Positions 49,201 through 61,659 of a stretch of DNA of 64,000 bases are shown here, in pieces. The stretch lies in assembly GCA_964016885.1 (NCBI GenBank), contig OZ024742.1:159464001-159528000 (forward strand). The letters run 5' to 3'. Below the pieces are notes generated by a model, which was given only the letters and a program-made list of their open reading frames with translations, did not search any database and was not told where the DNA came from. The stretch comes from Eledone cirrhosa (taxonomy: Eukaryota). Made by a program: the position numbers and the translations under genes. The number at the start of each line of letters is the position of its first letter. The stretch's first letter is position 1.

Positions 49201-52001
49201 GCGGCCATTGTCAACAACAGATGGTGGTACTCTCTCAAGAGGGCAGTTAGATTAGACTCGATAGGTTTTAGTAAATAATTAGTGTTAGATAGAAAAGGAA
49301 CTGGTAGATAAAGTAGAAGAGGCACTTAGGAGTGGCAACGTAGCCAGCGTACTAGCGACGAGAACGGCATTGGACCAGTTCTTTGACGCAAAGCATGAAG
49401 GCTGCGATGTCAGAAGCAAAATACGTGCTCTGGGAAACGAGGGAGCCAAAGCTGTTAGTTGGGCCCGAGTGACGGAGGCGAAAAGTGGCAACAAGTCCAC
49501 GATTCGGTCTTTGAAGGACCAAGACGGACGCGTGATACATGAGCCGGAGCAAATGTGCGCGGCCTTTCAGCGGCACTTTGCTCAACTGTTCGGGCAGGGC
49601 GGCGCTCCGGGAGGGGCTATAGATTTCGGTCCATAACTCGACGGCCTACCGCGACTCTCGGACAGCAAGGCGAAGTTCTGCGAAAGGCCGATTTCGGCCG
49701 CTGAGATAGGTGACGCGCTGAGCCAATGCAGCAAACGCAAATCTCCAGGTCTCGATGGTCTACCCTACGAATTTTACGTAGCAATGCCGGACTTATTCTC
49801 CGGTCTCCTGGAAGCGGTCTACTGCAACTGGCAGCAGAACGGGAAAATTCCCAGTTCTGTGACCAAGGGCGTATTCACGTTAGTCAGGAAGGACGATAAC
49901 AAGGGGGATGATATATGCAACTTCCGGCCCATAACTCTGCTCAACACAGAGTTACAGATTTTGGCCACGGTGTTGGCAAAGAGGCTGGCGCTTGTCGTCG
50001 AAAACCTAGTGGGAGAAGCGCAGACATGCGCAATCCCGACCAGGTCCATACACGACAACCTCCACCTCATGCGATACATAATAGAGAGGGTAGGGTGTAA
50101 ACTCGGCTTCGGTGAGGCCCTGATCAACTTGGATCAGTCTAAGGCCTTCGATAGGGTTAACCATCGTTACCTGGATGCGGTGCTCGAGGCGGCAGGCTTC
50201 GGACCCGTGTTCAGGGGCTGGATTGCTGCAATGCACAGCAGCAACATCTGCCCAAGGGTCAAGGTGAACGGCTACCTCTCGGAGCCGTTCGACATCACGC
50301 GATCTATCCGACAGCGATACTCTCTCTCCTCCCTTCTGTACGTACTGACTCTCGAGCCACTACTGCGGAAGTTGGAGTTATTGCAGGGCATCCCTTTGGA
50401 ACCAGGACTGCGAAAAGCGGCGTCGGCCTACACCGACGACGTAAGAGTAATGGTGTCGAACACCTCGCAAATCGGGGAGATCGGCACCTTACTGGAGGAA
50501 CACGAAAGGTTCACAGGAGCGAAGCTGAACCGGGACAAATCCGTCGGTTTGCAACTCGGAACGTGGAGAGGCAAACCGATGCCTTGCGATGGCGTCGTCG
50601 GACGCTGGACGGAAGGACCGGTAAAGCTGCTCGGGGTCTGGTTTGGTCCGGACCTCCAGGTGGAAAAGAACTGGAACGAGGTGACGGCCAAGGTGTTTGC
50701 ACTCACCCAGAAGTGGGCCGAGTGCAAACTATCCTTGAAAGGTCGAGCGGAGGTGGCGAACACTTTTATAGCGTCCGTCATCTACTACCGCTTGACCTTG
50801 TCCAGCCAAAACGCTCATCAAAATGGAGCGCGCGCTCTTTTAATTCCTTTGGAAGAAACCGGCTCCTTTGGTGAGAAGATCCATCTGCTGCCAACACCCT
50901 TCAAATGGAGGGCTGGGGAAGCCGTGGCTGACGATGCGCAAACACGCGCTCAGGCTGCGGCACCTCCACCAATTCCTCACCAGACAACCGATGTGGGCCC
51001 CGTTCGTGAGGCAAGCCTTTCCACGACTCGTCTCGCTGACCGAGCTGCAGTCCTGGGTCAAGCAAAGACCGAGGAAAATGGGCGACTGGCACATCGAATG
51101 TGCTCAGGCGCTCACAGTCCTCTGGCAAACGGACCCGGCGATCAGTGGAGACTCCACTTCGAAATTCTATAGAGCGTTGGACTGCAGCAAGTGCGACGAC
51201 ACGCTCGGAGAAACTCTAGGCGTAGAGGAGGACGAACTGGCCGGGACCAATGGACAACTTCCAAATGTCCCTGGCCTGGCAGTGCTACCGAGGAGCTCTA
51301 CCAGTTCAAGACAATCTCTACAGACATGGGCGCCCGGGTAGGGACCCTTCGAAAAAGATCTGTCCGACATGTGTGCGCGACGAGGAAACCGTCGCGCACG
51401 CATTAGTACACTGCCCGGGCGTTACCGACCTGTGGGGCTATGTAGAACGACTATTGTCGCGGGTGGGACCAATCCAGTTGACCACCGAATCCATTGTTAT
51501 GATCAAACCGCCACCCTCCTTCAAAAACGAGGGAGAGGCGGTTTTCTTATGTGTTATGGCTATGGTGAAAGAGGTTATATGGTGGACGAGGTTAAAAGGG
51601 CTGATGTCAGACACCTTTCTCTCCGGCGAGCAACTGATTCGTTTTTTCAAATATCATTTTGGAAGAAGAATCAGGATGGAGAGAGAGGTGCTGTACCCCA
51701 GCAAATTTTATAAAAGGTGAGTGAATGTGGCAAAGATAGCCCGAGTGGGTGGGCCTTCTCTCTATATAAGCCTGTAGGTTGAGGAAAAAGAGGAAGAGAG
51801 GAAGGGAGTACAAACTCTTCGTACTCCTGGAGATGAGGGTTGCACATTTTTTCGGGGTGTGTACAACCCCTGTGTAACGCCTCCCCCCTATTGGGGATTT
51901 CAATTGTTATTTTATTAATAGTTTTATTTTCATATACCTGTATGTAAACTCCCCATTTGTATTTGTCCCCTTCTTTTGTGCCCTTGTGGCTAATAAAGAA
52001 A
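46251..52001 (+). mobile_element. L1/Tx1-clade LINE, near full length, decayed (copy 3, close to copy 1)
   Basis: ORF1 ~46470-48332; ORF2 ATG 48373, RT ORF 49784-51172, CPTC..ETVAHALVHC; ends AATAAAGAAA then TTTATCTATCTAT. Confidence 0.94.
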
Positions 52002-52449
52002 TTTATCTATCTATATAGTTCGAAATAATAATAAACAAACAAATGCAGCAGTAAAAGTTACATAGTGTTATTAGCTTCACACTTGGTGAGAGTGGGGGAT
52101 TGTGGTTACGACATTTCTGACATAAGCCCTTCATTAGGAGAGTGGTGGTGGTGGTAGTGGTGGTGGTGGTGGTGGTGAGGGGGTGGGGGCTCCGAGAAAG
52201 AGTGAGTGGGGAGTTAGCAGGAAAAACATGAAAGGACGGAAAATATAGAAATAAAAATAAAAATGAGTATAAAACATGAAGTGGAAATAAATGGAATATA
52301 TAAAGAAAACACAGACATTTAAAAAAATCAGAAAATTAAAAAGTGAGAGGGATGTATGGATCCGGGAAGGCACGGGTGTGGTGGTGGGTGGATGTGGAGA
52401 GAGAGGGGGAAGGAAAAATGGAATCCGAGCGAGGATGGCTGAAAGTGAG

Positions 52450-52513
<64 letters not shown>

Positions 52514-53433
52514 GTACGTATACGTATGTATGCGTGGATATAAGTGTGAGCGTCTGGAGGAAAGCGAATGTATGCGAATGTGGGTTTTGAAAAACCATTG
52601 TGTATAATCCCTGTATGGGTGGATGGAAAAGATCGGATGGGGTGAGATGAGATCGTGTCGAATCCTGAGGCGGTGTGGGTGTATGTGAAGATGTGCGTGT
52701 GTGTGTGTGTTTGTGTGGTTAAGAGAGGATGGTGCGCGTTCGTGTGAAATGTGTATTTGCCTGCGTGCGAAAATGGTACAAGTGTCTGTGTGTGTCTAAG
52801 TTTCTGAATGGATGTTGGTGTGTATGTGTGTGGATGGCAGGGACCTCGTTTGCCTTAAAAATGTGAGGGGACAAACCAACATTTGTTGATTCTTAAAGCA
52901 GCATAAATTGCTCATGGTGCCTTTTCCGGACCCTATCACATTAGCAAAATGTTACGCTAATTAAATTTTAGATATTCAAATGAAGCTCAGATATAAAAAA
53001 ATAAGCTTTAAAAGAATTTATTATATCAAATAAACAAAAAATAAAATATAGATACATATGTGATTAAATATGTGAGTCAATATTTCAGCGTCTGTGTACC
53101 GCCTACATAATTTACATATTTTTACCGGGTTTAAAGTCATTTAAGGAAAGTGCTTTAAAAGAAAGTTTAAACAATAATGAAGGTTTCGATTTATCAAGAC
53201 ATCTTTTCCAAAAAATATTCAACAAACTATGGTGGCATAAAGAATTTTTATTGTTTTTTTTTCAAAGTATACCCGAACGTTCAAAGTAACCTTGGTTTAC
53301 GGTATATGACAGTTTCAAAAAATGTCCGCATGGCTAAGTCTTTAGAATATGAATTCAAAATAGGCGGCTCACCGGACAAAGACAATGGAAAACAACAATA
53401 GAAAATCGGATAGTCCCATTTCTTCAGCTAACC

Positions 53434-53834
53434 TGGAAATCATTACGGTTTCGGTTTCGGTACATTAAGGTTCATTCTTATGCACATTGGGACGTAACAA
53501 AGTAGGTAGAGAAAAGTTTTGCCTTTCGGCGTATTACACAAATGTAGATGAAAAAGTATCCCATGTGTGCCAACTGAAAAAGGGAGAGAACAGTGCGCAA
53601 GGAAATATAGAAAGGAGAGAAATAGTAAAACCGAAGAGAATAATATGGATTGAGGTCCAACGCAGACACTGAAGCATAGAAAATGGAAGAAAGGAGAATA
53701 GAGGAAGACAGACCAGGCGACGAGACGTCTATTATAGGTTTAAAAATGCCCACATAGCTAAGTCTTTAGTATATAAATTCTTCAACCAACCTCTGGAAAT
53801 CAGTATGGTTAACCGTAACCATACTGATTTCCAG
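53434..53834. mobile_element. Possible MITE with CTGGAAATCA termini and a terminal 19-bp hairpin
   Basis: CTGGAAATCATTACGGTT at 53434; perfect hairpin at 53793-53834. Confidence 0.4.
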
Positions 53835-54626
53835 TATATGCATAAGGAAAGTATATACTTTCAGACGTTCAACCACCTGGCAGGAAGGTATACGATGCTG
53901 ACGATAGCTAATAAGCTTGAAACTAGTACATCGTTCCTGTGTCAGTGTTGAACAAAAAGGTGACGTGGTTGCCTAAACACTGTACGGCGTAATTCGGGCT
54001 GTTTGCTTGTTTACAAACAAACCGAGCATTATAATAGATGTTCGGTAAACCGATACGTGCATATATATATGTGTGCATGTATGTATATATATACATACTA
54101 CTGTACGTCTGTATACATATATGTATGTACATATATACATACTTACATTTAAGTAACTGCCGTACTAAGAGTGAGAAATGAAATTTCGTTTCATTCTATT
54201 CCATACACTTTCTTTCGACTGACCGCTTCCTCGCACTTCCACTCACTCACTCTCTGTTTCTCCCCTTCTCACTTCCTCCCGTTTGGCTAACAGTGGGTCT
54301 CTTCTTGCTTACATCCCACTCACGCTATACGTGTCTGTAGCTTTCGCTCATGAAATCCACCCAGCTTATGCTGATCAGGACTACCATGTTGCTTGTTTAT
54401 TTCCTTTCTTTGGTTTGCTTTTATCCTTCTATGTTGTTCACTTGTCCCCCTCGCTTTACGCGATTTACTGGTCCCAATAACTTTTTTTAGTTATTGCTCG
54501 CACCAATCTGAGGTATCTGATTTTTAATGCGATGTAATACCAATGATGGTTGGAAAATCACTGACGAAGGACTATTTTTATCATATGTAACCTATGTGCA
54601 ACCACGCAGTATTCTTCTTTCTTCTC

Positions 54627-54669
<43 letters not shown>

Positions 54670-54675
<6 letters not shown>

Positions 54676-55270
54676 TAATAAATGAACAGAGAGGCAGTAC
54701 AAATGATATGGTTTTCAGTTTCACGCTTGAGGGTGGGGGTGGACGACGTTTCGGGCATAAGCCCTTCATCAGGAGAACACTGGGTAGGAAGAGAGTTCCG
54801 AGGGTGTGTGGGGGAGTGGTGGAAAGACATTTAAAAAAGGGGGAGGAGAGAAAATGGAGGAAAAACAATTTTTTAGAGAGTAAAGGTAATTTTTTAAAAG
54901 TACAAATAAAAATAAGAATAAAAAATAAACAAGGGGTGAAAGGGTGTGAGGCGTCATAAGGAGGTGAAAATATAAGTAAAGAATCATAGACAAAAAATCA
55001 TAAGCAGAAATAAACAAATAAAAATATAAAAATAAAATAATCAAGAAATAATACAATAGAATAGGAAAAAATTAAACAAGGGCAGAAAAGGTATTGTGGG
55101 AGAGTTTTCGGAAAGAAGTTCAGAGGTTGGTCACGGCGGATTAAATCGGGGTTGAGCCGGTGGTCAAGGAGGTACACCAAGGTGGTGTGGAAGCCGTGTA
55201 AGCGTGTATAGTAAAGTTTAATAAATGAAGAGAGAACAAAAACAGAGAGGCAGTACAAATGACATGGTTT
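54670..55270 (-). mobile_element. Penelope-like pLTR (partial tandem repeat) with hammerhead core
   Basis: Direct repeat AGTTTAATAAATGAA..ACAGAGAGGCAGTACAAATGA at ~54672 and ~55215; minus strand CTGATGA-agggc/gccc-GAAA-cg-TC at 54745-54772. A degenerate sister motif lies at ~52109-52140. Confidence 0.55.
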
Positions 55271-56175
55271 TATATATATACATATATATAAATAAAATCA
55301 AGGAATTCTGAAGGAATTAAACCTTGGATGAATAAATTCGATTTCTTTTCTGATTGTTGAACCAGACAGAGCTAGGAATTTCTTGGCCTAACTTTACAAA
55401 ATTGATCTTTCAACCATTTATTTTTGTTATATATACATATATTTATAATCTCTACTACAAAACAAATAGTTAAATAACTTACTTTTATCAGGTCTATACC
55501 ATATTATAGTCGAGTTTTGTGTTGTGTAAGCCTCGAAGAATTTGTTGCTGGCGTCATTCTTCATGTTGATGCTGAATTTCTCTTGGCTGAAATTAAAACA
55601 TTACAATTAATAACACACACATAAATTTAACATATTTCACCATAATGAAATCGTTTATGACTGTTGTATTGTTCCAGTCATATATGTTCTATTTAAATAA
55701 ATCGACAAATTTAGCTTTTCATCGATACGTTTAGTGAGTCAGGTATTGGTAAGAGTGTTGGACTTACGATCATAATGTCGTGGGCTCGATTCCTGGGTGT
55801 GCGTGTTGTGTTCTTGAGCAAAACACTTCATTTCACGTTGCTCCAGTATACTCAGCTGAAAATGAGTACCAGCAATAGCTTGAGGTTTAACCCTGCGATG
55901 GACTGGCGTCCTGTCCAGTGGCGGATTTAAGGAATAGGGCCCAGTCGGCATTGGTCAGTAAGGAGGCCCCAGAGTGAAAATTAAAGTACCTTCTTTTCGA
56001 GCGAGTATTGAAAAAGTTTTTTTTTTAATTTCCCATTTAGCTACCAATAATCATTAAGAAGACAATTAAATTACAAGTACACTTTATTTGAAACAAACAA
56101 ACAGATGTGCTGTACTGTAAACAAATAATAAAGTAATAAAGTTGTATATATGTTAGTCTTTTACACAAATTGCTT

Positions 56176-58828
56176 TTACATGCGCAGACCTCTGCGAGCT
56201 TTAACAGTTGAAAAATGAGTTATAGCGTGGTCCAAGTTTACTGATTTAGTAATTTTGTTTTCAATTGCCAGCAGGGCAAAACTGGATAGCCTCTCCTGGC
56301 CCATCGTTGAACGAAGATAATTTTTAATTCTTCGTAGAACACTGAAAGAGCGTTCCGCACTTGCTATGCCAATTGGTAAAGTGAGAAATAGCCTTACCAG
56401 AATTTCAAACTCGGGAAAGACATCACACAAGTCATTGTTCAGTAAAAATTTCAGATATGGCATAACCCCACTTTGTTTTAAAGCTGCGTTTGGCTGTGAA
56501 AAGTAGAGGCCAATGAAAGAAAAGAGTTCATTTCTGAGTTCCAGTGTGAATTCATTTGGAAAGTTATCTACCAATGTTGCTACATGGGTTTTTAGTTCAT
56601 CATCTGAGCATTTAGCCAGTCGATTTGGACTCAAAAATCCAAAGATTGAAGATATCTTTTTTTATTCCTTCAGTTCGGGCTCTCATCTCCCCAATCATAC
56701 TATCCAGTGATTGAAAATAAATTGCAGTGCGATATCTATCTGAAGCAGTAGCTAGTCTTTCAACACCACAAACTTCACCATCCATAATCTTTCTTCTCCT
56801 TACTCGCGTTATTTTAAAATCAGCTTCAGATGCATCAAATCCCACGTCATTCCAGGCTTTCTTTGCCTGGTCCACAAATTGTTCAAATTTGTAATCGCAT
56901 CTGAGTTCTTCCAATTTATCTGTTGACCGTTCAAAGCACTCAGTCACAAGGAATAAATCAATTGTCTTAGCTTGTAGAAGACGATTAGCTGAATTCATAT
57001 TTTCTGACACTTTGTTCCACCAAAGTAGAGATAGGAAAAAAGTCCAGTCCATTTTCCCTTGCAAATCAGTTGCCTGTTTTACTTCATTTGAGTCATGATT
57101 TTCTTCTATCAAATCTGCCAGACATTCACTGACATTGTGAAAGTTTCCCAGGAGAGCAGAAACTGCATTATGTCTGGCTGACCACCTTGTCTGAGAGAGT
57201 GATTTCAAGGTTCCGGATCTTGATGAGCCACATATATGCTCATCTTCAACTTCTTCGTCAATTGGATTAGAAATAACCTTCTCAACAGCTTCTAAAAGAT
57301 TCTTCTCCTGACTTTTTGCCATATCAAGAAGTTGACTCCGGCGTCTATTTGAATTAACAAAGAAAGCATAGATAGATTTAATGTTATCAAAGAAGCATTT
57401 AATTTCAACAAGAGGTGGAGGAGTACCACTTTGAGCTGCATGTTCAAGAACTAGATTGAGTTGGTGGGGAGGACAGTGAACATATGGAACAAAAGTATTT
57501 CCGTCCAGTGCCATATTCTTTTTTAGTAAAGCTTGAACACCACCTAATGCCCCACTCATCACAGATGCTCCATCATATGCCTGTCCTTTAAGATGTTTGC
57601 GCTGCAAGCCAAGTTCTTCAAACAATGACTTTTCAATGACATTGGTAATACCAATTGCACTAGCATCAAGGACATGATAATATCCAACAAAGTGTTCTAC
57701 AATTTCCACTGACTTTTCAAGTCTGTCAATTTTTATAAATCTCAATAGCACCGCCATTTGGTCCTTATGACTTATATCAGTTGTAGAATCAGCAATCACA
57801 GTGAAAAATTTGGCTTCCTTGCAAAGATCAACAATTTTGTCAAGTGTCATTTTTGAAAGAATCTGGACTTGTTCCTCAAAGATAGTTTTGCTCAGATATT
57901 TGAGTTGTCCCTTGTCCTCAAAATGTTGTTTAAGAATAGGATCGATTGTGCTTATGTGCCTTAATATTGATAAGTACACACCTGGATTATCAGCATCCAA
58001 GGATTCTCTATGACTTCTTAGTGGCAATCCTAGACATGTAAGTTCTCGTAAAAGTCCGAACTGATGATTAAGAACATATTTCCATTTTTGAACTTCTGCA
58101 TCCATTTGTTTTTCCACTGAAACTCCAATGGACATATTCTTGGCGAACTGTTTATAGGCATATACTGCTCTGTGATGAATTTTTGATTGAGAGTGTTTTT
58201 CAATGCTTTTGGAAATGTGCTTCCAATCATTCATACTCTTTGACCATGGCGAGTTTTTGGCCTCTTCATCGCCAAATAACCAGCAATGATGGCAGTAACA
58301 ATAATTACCTTTGTATGAATAAGCTAGCCAGTATCTGTGTACTCGTTCTTCAAGGGGGTTTTTAAAATTATAGTAACTGCTCTTGAATTTTCTAGAATGG
58401 ATAATGGGATAGTCTCCTGTAGGCATATCATTTTCCAAAGGTTGACAAGCACCCCTTTCAACTAAAATGTTCAAGTAATCTTTCACTTTATTCTTTCCTG
58501 TGTCAAATCGTACTTTGTCATTTAAAAATGGCATTGAAGCCTGACTAATTTCAGAAAGTTCATTTTCAACTTCAGAAAGACTTATATTTTCTACAGCAGG
58601 TTCAGTCACTTGAGAAGGAAGCACAGGTTCAGCCACTTCAGGAATAGTTTCAGCTTTACCTGTAGATATTGTAGGAATATTTTCTTCTGCAACATCCTCA
58701 ATATCTGCACTATGGGGCGCAGAAAAAGTCAATAATCTTTGATTTTTTGCTTTGCCTGCTGATTCCAAATCCTTTTTTGTTTTGAGTGCACGCTTCTCAG
58801 CACCTGATGAAAACTTCTTCTTATTCAT
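56176..58828 (-). CDS. hAT transposase (TTF-type Zn finger, DUF4371-like region, hATC dimerization); single frameshift in an A7 tract
   Basis: CYCHHC..H..S..H; IADST, YDGA, HCPPH, TRW, AERSFS..LRSTMGQERL. ORFs of 738 aa and 152 aa join into 883 aa if one base is removed at 56657-56663. Confidence 0.9.
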
Positions 58829-58958
58829 TGTGAGTCAGTCTACAGACAAAATATAAACTAGGTATAGGAAATAATAAAAGGAACTTACCAATTATTTGTT
58901 GCTTACACAATTTTAATGCTTTAATATTTTTAAACTGTGGCCCAATAAAACAAATTAC

Positions 58959-60285
58959 GGCGATATCCAAAAATACCTCCACCATGCCTAGGGCTAAATA
59001 ATTTCGCTGTTCGCTGCTGATATGAGGCTAAATAACTTCGCTGCTGGCTGCTGAAATGAGGCTATTCCAACAAATTTACATTCCCTTTTTTTTAGCCGTT
59101 AAAAGAAATATAGATTTATTTATTTATTTGAAACGTTTTTGTTAGTTTCTTTGTTTTGTTTTTTTTGGCGATATTTTTGTTAGTTTCTTGTTTTTTTTTT
59201 AGTTTCTTTTTTTTGGCGTTTTTTGCCAGTTTTTTTTTAATAGATTTATTTATTTATTTTTAACGTTTTTGTTAGTTTTTGTTTTGTTTTTATGTCACAA
59301 ACATTGCTCTCCGACGCTCTACCGATAATAGTAAGTATTAGTGGTTGTAATAAAAATGCAATCAAAACGTAATAAATACCTTCACTGATTTCTTTCCTTA
59401 TATTATCAACAGAAGTTGGTATGTCACCCAAAGTTTCTAATTCCTTCTCCACAGTAAGACAAATATCCATGTGTAGTTGAAGAGGATAAGTATGAAAGAA
59501 CAGTCTTTGGTACAGTGTTCTATGAATGTTTTCGAACGAATGAATAATTTCAGTTTAAAATCAATTTCACTTTAACTTGTTTGGGTATTTTCCACGAATT
59601 GGCATAACTAGCTCCCTGCTAAAGGTGAAATAACATAGTTCTGTTATCTTATAATTGATTTGTATATAAGTTAAAGTGAAATTGATTTTAAACTGAAATT
59701 ATTCATTCGTTCGAAAACATTCATAGAACACTGTACCAAAGACTGTTCTTTCATACTTATCCTCTTCAACTACATGGATATTTGTCTTACTGTGGAGAAG
59801 GAATTAGAAACTTTGGGTGACATACCAACTTCTGTTAATAATATAAGGAAAGAAATCAGTGAAGGTATTTATTACATTTTGATTGCATTTTTATTACAAC
59901 CACTAATACTTACTATTATCGGTAGAGCGTCGGAGAGCAATGTTTGTGACATAAAAACAAAACAAAAACTAACAAAAACGTTAAAAATAAATAAATAAAT
60001 CTATAAAAAAAAACCTTGCAAAAAACGCAAAAAAAAAAGAAACTAAAAAAAAACCAAGAAACTAACAAAAATATCGCCAAAAAAACAAAACAATGAAACT
60101 AACAAAAACGTTTCAAATAAATAAATAAATCTATATTTCTTTTAACGGCTAAAAAAAAGGGAATGTAAATTTGTTGGAATAGCCTCATTTCAGCAGCCAG
60201 CAGCGAAGTTATTTAGCCTCATATCAGCAGCGAACAGCGAAGTTATTTAGCCCTAGGCATAGGGGAGGTATTTTTGGATATCGCC
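58959..60285. mobile_element. Foldback/MITE with ~620-bp TIRs, Merlin-like
   Basis: Arms 58959-59578 and 59668-60285, 89-bp spacer; GGCGA...TCGCC termini; 8-bp TSD CAAATTAC (58951-58958, 60286-60293). Confidence 0.9.
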
Positions 60286-60942
60286 CAAATTACAATTTTT
60301 TTTTTTTGCAAGCGCCCAGTCGGCAGGGACCCAGTCGGCAGGGGCCCAGTCGGCATTTGCCACCTTCGCCACCTGTTAAATCCGCCACTGGTCCTGTCCA
60401 GGGGGGAGTCTTGTACTCTCAGTCGCTTCACGCCATGAAACCGGGATAAGCACCGGCCAAATGAGCCTTCTGTCTTAAGACAGACTTTAGACTTTTTATA
60501 TCTCCAGGGCAGCTCTGATGAAATAGACATTCCAACCATGATCATCGTTCCATTTTTGTGTTTTAGATAGTCTTTTCTGGCCACATTATCCGATATTTCC
60601 TTCCCTCTATTAAAGGTGTGGTTTGATCAAGATTTGTTTTGTTCAATATTCAGTGAAGTGTCTACACAGTCGAGAGGTAAATCGAAGTTTTTAATTGACA
60701 TGACATATCATTAATTTTTGTTTTAGTTAAAAGAATATGATCAGTGATCGTAGCTCCCGAGATAGATAGAAGGGAAGTGTCAGAATATTGTCATTGTGTA
60801 GTGGGTGTTTTGGGCAAAGTAACTGATATAGAGTTCTCAGATAAGATGATAAAATGTTTTCACTAAAAAGACTAGTGGATGAATGTATCGAGTGGTCCTC
60901 GACTAGAGTGATACATATGAAAACAGCAAACACTCATATAAT

Positions 60943-61133
60943 TGTTTCTACTTTTGGCACAAGGCTAGCAATTATCTCAGTGCATTACTGGTACTTTATT
61001 TTATCGATCCAGTAAGGATGAAAGGCAAAGTTAACCTCGGTGGGATTTGAACTCAGACCGTAAAGGGACGTAACTCTATGCTACAAAGCATGGCGTCCGA
61101 CCCTCTACCGATACTGCCAATCCACTGCCCTAT
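60943..61133 (-). mobile_element. MetaSINE-like element with 14-bp TSD
   Basis: TSD AACACTCATATAAT at 60929-60942 and 61134-61147. Confidence 0.9.
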
Positions 61134-61659
61134 AACACTCATATAATACATCCATATTATATCCTGCATTCAATGGCACCTTTAAACATCAACACAAATT
61201 ATGGACAAGACGCAGGAAGAAAGTAAAATATATAAATCCAAAGATGTATGGCTGTTTTCAAGAACATGTCCTGGTTAGTGATCATATCACTTATGTTCAA
61301 ATTCAAACATTTTGTACATTTGCCAATGTAAGATTGTGGAAACTTTGTTGTGCCTCCAGGTTTTATAATAATTTTGAACCAGCATCTTGCATTCAGAAAC
61401 TTCATGCGCTACTATCTCTTTTCGTTCACCACTCAACCACGATGTCTTTCTTGTGAATATTCTTTCTGATATATCTCATTCTGATTGTCTGATCCTGCAT
61501 GGCTAAGATTAAGCCTCCTGTCTCTCTCTCTTCAGGCCTCCCTATTTTAGCCACTGGAATAACTGCTCATTTTAATGCCTTTCATTGTTTTGAAAAAAAC
61601 TTTTCTTGTAAGCTTTCTGGCTCACATCGTAGCTTTCTAGTTTTAAGAACTTCATTTTA

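Larger units (their letters stand above)
55916..60390 (-). mobile_element. hAT (Tip100-like) DNA transposon, structurally complete
   Basis: Perfect 15-bp TIR CAGTGGCGGATTTAA (55916-55930 / 60376-60390); 8-bp TSD GTCCTGTC (55908-55915, 60391-60398); subterminal CCCAGTCGGCA repeats. Confidence 0.96.
55735..60470 (+). mobile_element. tRNA-derived CORE/V-type SINE split by the hAT insertion (parts 55735-55915 and 60399-60470)
   Basis: B-box-like GCTCGATTCC and TTGTGTTCTTGAGCAAAACACTT; GCGATGGACTGGCGTCCTGTC|CAGGGGG reads through the insertion. Confidence 0.75.

Noticed and set aside
59246-59998. Duplicated 74-aa ORFs on opposite strands (MDICLTVEKELE...)
   Set aside because: They are the two arms of the foldback element. 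No recognisable domain, and the upstream frame differs by a 2-nt indel between arms.
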